A stretch of 63,967 bases of DNA, filler included, from Stramenopiles sp. TOSAG23-2 (lineage: Eukaryota), in assembly GCA_900128395.1 (NCBI GenBank). It is 4 parts of 4 records of this genome, joined end to end, with 100 filler letters (N's around TTAATTAATTAA, not from the genome) between each part and the next. Parts side by side here need not be neighbours in the genome. Positions count along the whole stretch, not along the records: positions 49,447 to 63,967 come from LT649754.1; 3 more parts are not named here. One strand, written 5' to 3'. This document shows, piece by piece, positions 56,834 to 63,967 of the stretch. Position numbers and translations under genes: made by a program. Each line of letters starts with the position of its first letter. Position 1 is the first letter of the stretch. The notes under the pieces are model-generated. The model was not told the origin of the DNA and made no database searches. It saw only the letters and a list, made by a program, of their open reading frames with translations.

Positions 56834-56928
56834 TAAATGATGTAAATATATGATATAATCATATAATCGCATCATCACATCGATGAGAGATGATTATGTG
56901 TCGATGTGTCTCCTATATGATGATGGGC

Positions 56929-56964
<36 letters not shown>

Positions 56965-57688
56965 TATTTGCATTTTTGTATATACTTCACAATTTTTGTT
57001 ATGTGATTGGTGCATATATATTTTGACATGTTGGATCATACATTTTTTTACTGCATGTATATATAAAACACGCTTTTGATAAATGTACACAATGATAGGA
57101 CGTTACTGAAAAATAAACAAAATTAATATTTTTTATGATATATATATGAGAAATTTGAAAGAATAATTATATATATATATACATGTACATGTATATATAT
57201 AAAAATAGAAAATATAACAGTAGCATTTTATTGTCCTTGAGTGAATCCACAATATTGAAAAAGAAAATGAATTATCAATGTATAACTGATACGAAGTATA
57301 TAAGCTTTATACATACACAAGAGAGAGAGAGCTAGAGAGAGATATACAAGTATTGATTTTTTTATGTATAAACACCTCTCGGTAAAAATGGATTTATTTT
57401 GAAATTCTGGGCACAACAATATGCCATTTCAACTACCATTTTTCCATTTTTTATTCCGTATTTCCATTTTTACTAATACAATAAATATGTTATTGATATT
57501 GTATTTTGATATTAAATTTATATTAAAATTCCATAACATTATATTGTAATAAAGATAGAGCACAGGTTTATATAAATAAATAAATAGATACACTCATGTA
57601 GATATAGATATAGAATAATATATAATATATTCTATAGAAGATAAAATAATATTGCTTCAGCAGATTATAATAGTACCGTAGACAAGAG

Positions 57689-58216
57689 ATGAAAATAAGA
57701 ATCATGTTGTTGCGCACCACGTTTTTAATAATAATATTATGTTATTTAAGTAGTGTAAATGCGATGAATCCACAACGATTTGGCCATTGTTCGGCTTTAG
57801 CAGGTGATACACTTTATGTATATGGTGGTTTAAGTTACCAGATTTCAAAGGATGTGCATACTGCAGGTAGTATTATGACTAATTTTCAAAAGTTTGATCT
57901 AAAAACTAAAGTATGGAGTACAGTAGACAAAGCTAGTGATCAAGAGCCCCGTGCTAGAGCATTTCATACATGTCACTATAATGCAAGTGAAATTATTTTA
58001 TTTGGGGGTACTGAACAGGCTGGCAAGTTACAACGAGAAAGCCTTCTGCATTCATGTGGTTTAAATGATGTTTGGTCTTTTAATACAGATACAAAAATTT
58101 GGACAGAATTAAAATCCCATGCAGGTAATTGTGAAAATTCATCTCTACGTGGTGTATCATTGAGTATTGGAAGTATTCTTGGGATAATAAGTTTTGTTTG
58201 TATGTTGATGATTTAA
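57689..58216 (+). CDS. Short Kelch-repeat protein with signal peptide and C-terminal hydrophobic anchor
   Basis: RFGHCS...LYVYGG...FD....W; PRARAFHT...ILFGG...LNDVWSF...W. Confidence 0.8.
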   Translation: MKIRIMLLRTTFLIIILCYLSSVNAMNPQRFGHCSALAGDTLYVYGGLSYQISKDVHTAGSIMTNFQKFDLKTKVWSTVDKASDQEPRARAFHTCHYNASEIILFGGTEQAGKLQRESLLHSCGLNDVWSFNTDTKIWTELKSHAGNCENSSLRGVSLSIGSILGIISFVCMLMI

Positions 58217-58443
58217 AAAAAGAGAGGAGGTTTTAAAATAAAATGTCAATACTTCGTATTCTTTTTTTTTATAATCTTGTTTACATCGTGTTTACACACA
58301 CAAACACCACGACCACAATTACACATGTATATTTTGCTCTTTTACTATCTGCAGTTCTACATATGTATATATATATATATATATATAATACTCCAAAATA
58401 ATGATATTGGTCTGTGTATATGTGCGTGATACTTTTAATTTTT

Positions 58444-58881
58444 TTAATTTTTTTCATCGGTCGGTATAGTGGTTGTTGTTGTTGTTGTTGTTGTTGTCGT
58501 CACATTATTGTTATTATTATCACTATTAATATTATTATCATCATCTACAATTTCCCCTTCTTCAATTTCATCTTCCTGCTCTAATTTCTCTAATAATTCT
58601 TTTCTTAATTTATTTATTTTAATATCAATCGATTCTTTTGTTAAGATACCAGCATCTTCCATTTTAATCCTTTCTTCACATAATTTAACTTCCACTTGGC
58701 GTTTTCTTCTATGTATGATTAACTCTGGGTCTAGTTTTCTTTGTTTTCTTAATACATCCGCTGGTGTTTGTTTCAATACACGTTTCCGTATCCACGACGG
58801 TTTCACATGGCTTTTATTTCGCTGTACATATCCACTCGTGCTCGTTCCACGGACCGTCTTCAATCCAATACCATTATACAT
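58444..58881 (-). CDS. CWC21: Spliceosomal protein CWC21 (cwf21 domain)
   Basis: MYNGIGL.T.RGT.TSGYVQRN and H.RKR.VEVK. Confidence 0.92.
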   Translation of the reverse strand: MYNGIGLKTVRGTSTSGYVQRNKSHVKPSWIRKRVLKQTPADVLRKQRKLDPELIIHRRKRQVEVKLCEERIKMEDAGILTKESIDIKINKLRKELLEKLEQEDEIEEGEIVDDDNNINSDNNNNNVTTTTTTTTTTTIPTDEKN

Positions 58882-59571
58882 CTCGTATTTTCGTTTTTCT
58901 CACTCGCCTTATATATATATATATATATTGAACTGTTCTATTATATGTGTACAATACACTGTTTCTATTTTCTCCGTGTATATTTATTAATTATTAGTGC
59001 TTATGTCACTTTCTTCTTTATTAATGGACGGGATACGGGAAGAAGAATCCCACCACTGTTGTCGTTCCTAAATTTACACCAGATGTACTTTAAAAATGGA
59101 AATTACAATATAATATTTTTATTCCAAAAAACAACAGAGGCGCTATTCTAGTACTAATACTTGTATACTGATGGGGGTGAAAATTGTCCAGGCTGGGCAG
59201 GCCAGATGGAAATTCCTGGAAATCTGGAAATCCTCCACAGAAAATAGGAAAACGAAGGAATAATTAAAACAATAAATAATAATATAATATATTAAAATCC
59301 AATTACATATGTAGATCAATACAAATCACAATAAAAAGAATGTTGATATATATGGTATTGATTTCAAATATACACAGAGAACATAAATGTGAAAAAAAAT
59401 TACTAGAACATTATCATTAACGATTTGATATACATCCCCTCTCCCTCCCCCCGTCGCCGTGTTGTTGTATTTATTTCTGATTTGTATAAGTGCATTTAAA
59501 ACCCCCATCTTTGATATACTTATTTTTATAGATAAAGAGATATTATTTGAAATATAGTATAATATATAAAT

Positions 59572-60090
59572 ATGTCAGAAGGTGGTACAGTAGCAATGCT
59601 TTTCTTGGTTGTATTTATTTTTGTTGTCTTTACTTTAATCTATTTTTGTTTAAGAAGGAAGAAAGATGCAGGGTATCGGCAAGTGTTAGAAGGGGATGAA
59701 TTAGATGAAGAAGAGTTAGCCTTTAAACGTTCATTGGAGGAACAAAATGCTGAATTTGGAGTTGATGATGAGTTAGAATTTGATGATAAAGAGTTAGAAC
59801 AATTAAGAATGTTGGATGAATATCGGGAAGATATTATGAAAGATGATGAAGAAGAAGGTATAGTAGGAAAAAGTGATGATGATGACAATAAAAAAAAACA
59901 GGTAGAAATGACCAAACTGGAAGAAGGAAATAGTAGCGACAACAAAAAGAAAGCAAATAAAAAAAATGATGGGCCTAATTTAAAAATCTCTTTACCAGAT
60001 ATTAGTAATAACTCATCCCCATCATTAATAAAAAGGCATTCACCTCGAATAACAAAAAAAACAATGCCTCCAGGAACAGCAGAAGTGTAA
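59572..60090 (+). CDS. Hypothetical single-pass membrane protein with acidic tail
   Basis: N-terminal TM followed by RRKK and a D/E-rich segment. Confidence 0.7.
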   Translation: MSEGGTVAMLFLVVFIFVVFTLIYFCLRRKKDAGYRQVLEGDELDEEELAFKRSLEEQNAEFGVDDELEFDDKELEQLRMLDEYREDIMKDDEEEGIVGKSDDDDNKKKQVEMTKLEEGNSSDNKKKANKKNDGPNLKISLPDISNNSSPSLIKRHSPRITKKTMPPGTAEV

Positions 60091-60250
60091 AACGTATTTC
60101 TCATATGTACGGATATACTCGTATGTAATATATAATATATATATATTATACTCGTAAAATACTATATAAACACACATATACACACATCACATTTTGTTAC
60201 TCTTTCATGATTAAGTGTGCGTCTCTCGATTTTTCTTTTTTTCTGTTTTC

Positions 60251-62653
60251 CTACTTTGCTCGATACCATGTTTTCTCTGTTTTAGCATCAACATTTAAAT
60301 CCACTCTTAATTTTTTTTGAAATGGATTTTCCATACAATATAGAACACGTTCCATTGCCTCTTCTGCAAATTCTTCTGGGCCTTCCATGATAACTTCATC
60401 ATGTATTTGTAATAATAATTCCCATCCTAATTGTTTTAATTTTTCATCTGTATGTAATTTTAACATTCCCATCATCATAACATCTGCTGCACTACCTTGA
60501 ATAGGCGTATTAATGGCTGCACGTTCTCCATGACTACGGATACCACTGTTTGATGATCGTAAATCTGGTAAACGGCGATAACGTCCCATCATCGTCCGTG
60601 TAAATCCTGTTTCCTTTGCTTTTTCTATTGTGCGTTTTTGCCATTGCAATACTTCAGGGCGATCATTGTACCATTTGTCAATTTCCGCTTGAGCTTCAAC
60701 TCGTGTTACATCCCAATCTTTTGCTAAACCAAATGCAGTTTTACCATATGCAATTGAAAAATTTAATACTTTCGCCCTACGTCGTTCTGAACTATAAACA
60801 TCTTTTAATAATGGTATATTTGCTTTATCACCTACCGCATCACCTTCCTCTAACAATACTTTACCAGCTTGTACAGCATGTTGAATATAATCATTCATTC
60901 CCAATGCTGTACGACTATGAAAATCACCACCAGATTCAAATGCTTCAATCATACTTTTACAATTTGTTATATGCGCCAATACACGCAATTCTAATTGACC
61001 ATAATCAGCAACAATGAATGAATTCCCAGGCTTTGCTTGAAATGCATCACGTATTTTATATTGATCTTTCTCCAACGCAGGTTGATTTTGCAAATTAGGC
61101 ATACGGGAGGATAAACGCCCGGTTTCAGTGTTTAAATTTAAGCTACAATGTATTCTACCATCATCATCCGCTAATTCTTGCAATGGTTTTATAAACGTAC
61201 CTATCATCGTATCAACTGCACTAATTTGTAATAAGCTTTCAATGGCTTTACATGCATCTTTTCCTTTTTGCCCACCACCGAAAAATTCATATGCAGCACC
61301 ATAGCTAGGATTGACGTCATCAGATGGATTATTACCAGCTAATTGCTTTAAAACTGCAGCACTTGTTGCTGGTATACCAGTCGCCGTATAATTTATTGCT
61401 GGCATTCCTAATCCTTTAATTTTCATTTGCCTGTATTTATTTGGTTTTTTCTTCCCTTCTTGTACTATACCTTCAATGTTTTCAACTTTAAACTCACGTT
61501 CTGCTGGAATAGGTTCACCGCTTTTTGGATTTTTATTTTTTCCACCTCCGAAAAAAAAAGTACATTTCTGTCCTGCACTCGCTAAATTCATCCTATCCGC
61601 CTCATCACAATATTGTTTGGCCCATTCCCTAAATGCATGTTCATATTTATCTCGATCTGTTTCTGCTTGTAATTGCAAGGATGGTAAATAGGTTTCACGT
61701 GCTACGTATATACCACGTCGTTCCATATCAGTTAACATTTCAGCAAATGGTACTAAATATCGTTTATAAAAATCTAACATATTTTGACCTTGCGCCCAAG
61801 TTGTATTTTCTAATTTATTTGACAATTTTGTATGCAATTTCCAAGTCGCAACTGCATCTAATGAGCTGTAATGCACAAATTTATCTCTCGTTTCTGGTAA
61901 ACGTTGTAACATTTCAATCGGTGGTATCGATATATTTTTACCCTCCGTACCATCTTTTTTAATATTTGGAACACCGAATAATTCTTTCATATTTGTTTTT
62001 TGAAAATCATCTGGCAATAAATCCATCGTTAAAGCTTCTAATGAATATTTCTGCCTAGAACTATCCCATAAACGTGCCATATGCATTGTATCACCACCTA
62101 AACCGTGTGTATCTATGCTATGATTATATAATACATGTCGATCAAAACTATAATTATGCCACACTTTGCGTATTTTCGCATCGGAGAAAAACTCCGAAAA
62201 TAAATGTAGCGTACCTTCACTTTCATCTAAATTATCAATCCATAATGTGCCACCAGGTCCACTACCAAAATCAACATCAGGACCACTATAAATAGTTGCA
62301 CAAGTCACTTGACCATTTCCAACAGGACCTTGTTTTGATAGATCAATATTACATACTTCCGTATCACATGCATGTATTTTTTCTTTGTTATTAAATAATA
62401 TTTCTAATGCTTTCATAGCTTCTTTTCTGGTGCGTATAGGTACCGGATTGACATTAACATTCTTGATAAAAGACGACGATGACGAGGAGGAATAATCACT
62501 GGATGAATCTGACGACGATAATTTTGTAGCAGCTGCAATATTACTATTATTTGTGAAATGACGACGTGGCATTATTTTTTTGGATAGATAATCGTACTGT
62601 TTAGCACGAACTATGTTTCTACATATTGTTGGTTGCTTTAAGAAAGAAATCAT
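60251..62653 (-). CDS. Organellar family-A DNA polymerase (POP type) with putative mitochondrial presequence
   Basis: Exo I HACDTEV, KVWHNYSFD, DTMHMARLWD; TETGRLSS..PNLQN; motif A ADYGQLELR; motif B RRRAKVLNFSIAYG; motif C LQIHDE. Confidence 0.93.
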   Translation of the reverse strand: MISFLKQPTICRNIVRAKQYDYLSKKIMPRRHFTNNSNIAAATKLSSSDSSSDYSSSSSSSFIKNVNVNPVPIRTRKEAMKALEILFNNKEKIHACDTEVCNIDLSKQGPVGNGQVTCATIYSGPDVDFGSGPGGTLWIDNLDESEGTLHLFSEFFSDAKIRKVWHNYSFDRHVLYNHSIDTHGLGGDTMHMARLWDSSRQKYSLEALTMDLLPDDFQKTNMKELFGVPNIKKDGTEGKNISIPPIEMLQRLPETRDKFVHYSSLDAVATWKLHTKLSNKLENTTWAQGQNMLDFYKRYLVPFAEMLTDMERRGIYVARETYLPSLQLQAETDRDKYEHAFREWAKQYCDEADRMNLASAGQKCTFFFGGGKNKNPKSGEPIPAEREFKVENIEGIVQEGKKKPNKYRQMKIKGLGMPAINYTATGIPATSAAVLKQLAGNNPSDDVNPSYGAAYEFFGGGQKGKDACKAIESLLQISAVDTMIGTFIKPLQELADDDGRIHCSLNLNTETGRLSSRMPNLQNQPALEKDQYKIRDAFQAKPGNSFIVADYGQLELRVLAHITNCKSMIEAFESGGDFHSRTALGMNDYIQHAVQAGKVLLEEGDAVGDKANIPLLKDVYSSERRRAKVLNFSIAYGKTAFGLAKDWDVTRVEAQAEIDKWYNDRPEVLQWQKRTIEKAKETGFTRTMMGRYRRLPDLRSSNSGIRSHGERAAINTPIQGSAADVMMMGMLKLHTDEKLKQLGWELLLQIHDEVIMEGPEEFAEEAMERVLYCMENPFQKKLRVDLNVDAKTEKTWYRAK

Positions 62654-62966
62654 GATATTAATAATGAATAAGCATGCATGAATATATCTATCTACAATAG
62701 TATCTATCTATCTGTTTATCTATCTTTTCCATCTCTCTTTTCTTACTTATAAATCATATTTTTTGCAATTATTAATAATAATAATAATACGTGTGTGTTT
62801 ACAAAATTTCGTACTTATTACAATACAACAAACTATCTCCTATCGATCTTCATCTAAGGAAAAGTTTATTTTTAAGGGGAGGCCGGAAGAGAGCCAGAGA
62901 GCATCACAATCTAAATCTAAATCTAAATCATTATTATAATAATTTATACGAATATATTACTCTCTC

Positions 62967-63729
62967 TTACTGTTTTTTTGGTCGTTTACGATGAACTTTG
63001 AAAAAAATTATAATAGCCCATTTCACACCATCCGTAATTGGCATTGCTTGATGCCATACGGCACGATCTAAGTAGCATAAATCACCAGCTTTCATTGGAT
63101 AAAAAAATTCCATAGTTTTACCTTTTTTACCACTTTGTACCATCCGATCCCATACTTTTACCTCTCCACCTTTACATGGAAAATCAGTTGGTAAACGTAA
63201 AATACATGAACCATCCAAATGTCTTCCATCAATATGTTTCTTCAATTGATTTTGACCCTCAATTGGTAAAATAACGTGTAACGAAAGAGTGCAATCGCTC
63301 TGCTTTGCAATATTTTAATTTCCTATCGGAATTATACCATATTTCAAATAATCTTGTACATTCATCTAACATTTCTCGACATATATTTAACATTTTTATA
63401 TCAGGCTCAACTTTATGTTTTCCAGATATATGCCCTGAATTATCTAACTCCATATAAGTTGATATTTTCCATCGTTGTCCTTTATATGTAACTAATTGTG
63501 GTTCAAATTCTTTCTTAATTTTTTCAAACGCTTTATTCAACATGTCTTCCGGCAATGCTTTTTTTGCTAAATCATGTTTCCATATACCTTGCCTTGGACG
63601 TACTATACCAACACGATATTTTGCACGACGTTTATATAAATATGTTATTAAACCAATGGATGATACAGTGAAACTAGCTAATTGCAATAAAATATTTGCA
63701 TTCGTGTTATTATTATTACCATCACTCAT
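62967..63729 (-). CDS. 2OG-Fe(II) oxygenase with N-terminal TM, split by a +1 frameshift near 63268-63271
   Basis: Removing one T gives HSFVTRYLPIEGQNQLKKHIDG...GGE...GD....WH.A.PITDGVKW (HxD...H triad), joining ORFs 63259..63729 and 62967..63245. Confidence 0.8.
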
Positions 63730-63967
63730 CTTGTACTATGTATATGTATAAATAACTTCTTATTATATGTCTTATTTTATAAATTTATTAAATACAATTT
63801 GAATCTTGCCTTGGCTTGATAATATCTTTCTCTTTATTCTATATATATATACTTGTACCACCTGCACATAAATTTGATAATTTTTTAATAAATTTAAATT
63901 TAAATAAAAAAAAAGAATAAATTATTAGAAAAAAATAAATTCAAAGATGATTTGATATTTGATTTTT

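Noticed and set aside
56831-56836. Second Sec at the terminal TGA-TAA of the ArsM gene
   Set aside because: No homology support visible, and it lies only about 20 nt from the candidate SECIS. More simply a tandem stop, although not excluded.
1-63967. Many 60-170 aa antisense or microsatellite-derived ORFs in the track
   Set aside because: They are shadows of real genes or translations of (TA)n/(GT)n tracts.

Overview
AT-rich, gene-dense, intron-poor eukaryotic (protist, plausibly stramenopile; taxonomy is inference) nuclear DNA. The window is four unrelated contigs joined by artificial N44-TTAATTAATTAA-N44 linkers (16407-16506, 32887-32986, 49347-49446), so gene order across linkers carries no meaning. 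Recognisable genes: SNF8/VPS22, a CAMTA-like factor, a Ras-like GTPase, glutathione reductase (2 introns), an ankyrin protein (1 intron), TRAP-alpha, an EF-hand protein, mL53, a sirtuin, ATAD3, TMEM115-like, Tex/SRBD1, a SANT protein, a MoeA-MogA Moco enzyme, a CHORD protein, CWC21, an organellar POP DNA polymerase and a 2OG-Fe(II) oxygenase. Best leads: (1) an arsenite methyltransferase with an in-frame UGA at a conserved catalytic Cys position (probable selenoprotein) and an N-terminal membrane anchor; (2) a desaturase ORF running via a +1 frame switch into a sphingolipid C9-methyltransferase (probable fusion enzyme); (3) a fibrinogen-like + ZP-module-like membrane protein; (4) a bacterial-type TPM protein with a split RING-H2; (5) recurrent motifs in head-to-head (GGCWGGCC) and tail-to-tail (YTCGTA) spacers. 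Eight 89-147 nt tandem duplications and several single-base frame breaks suggest assembly errors, so every frameshift claim needs read or RNA support. No rRNA, tRNA, CRISPR array or transposase was recognised.
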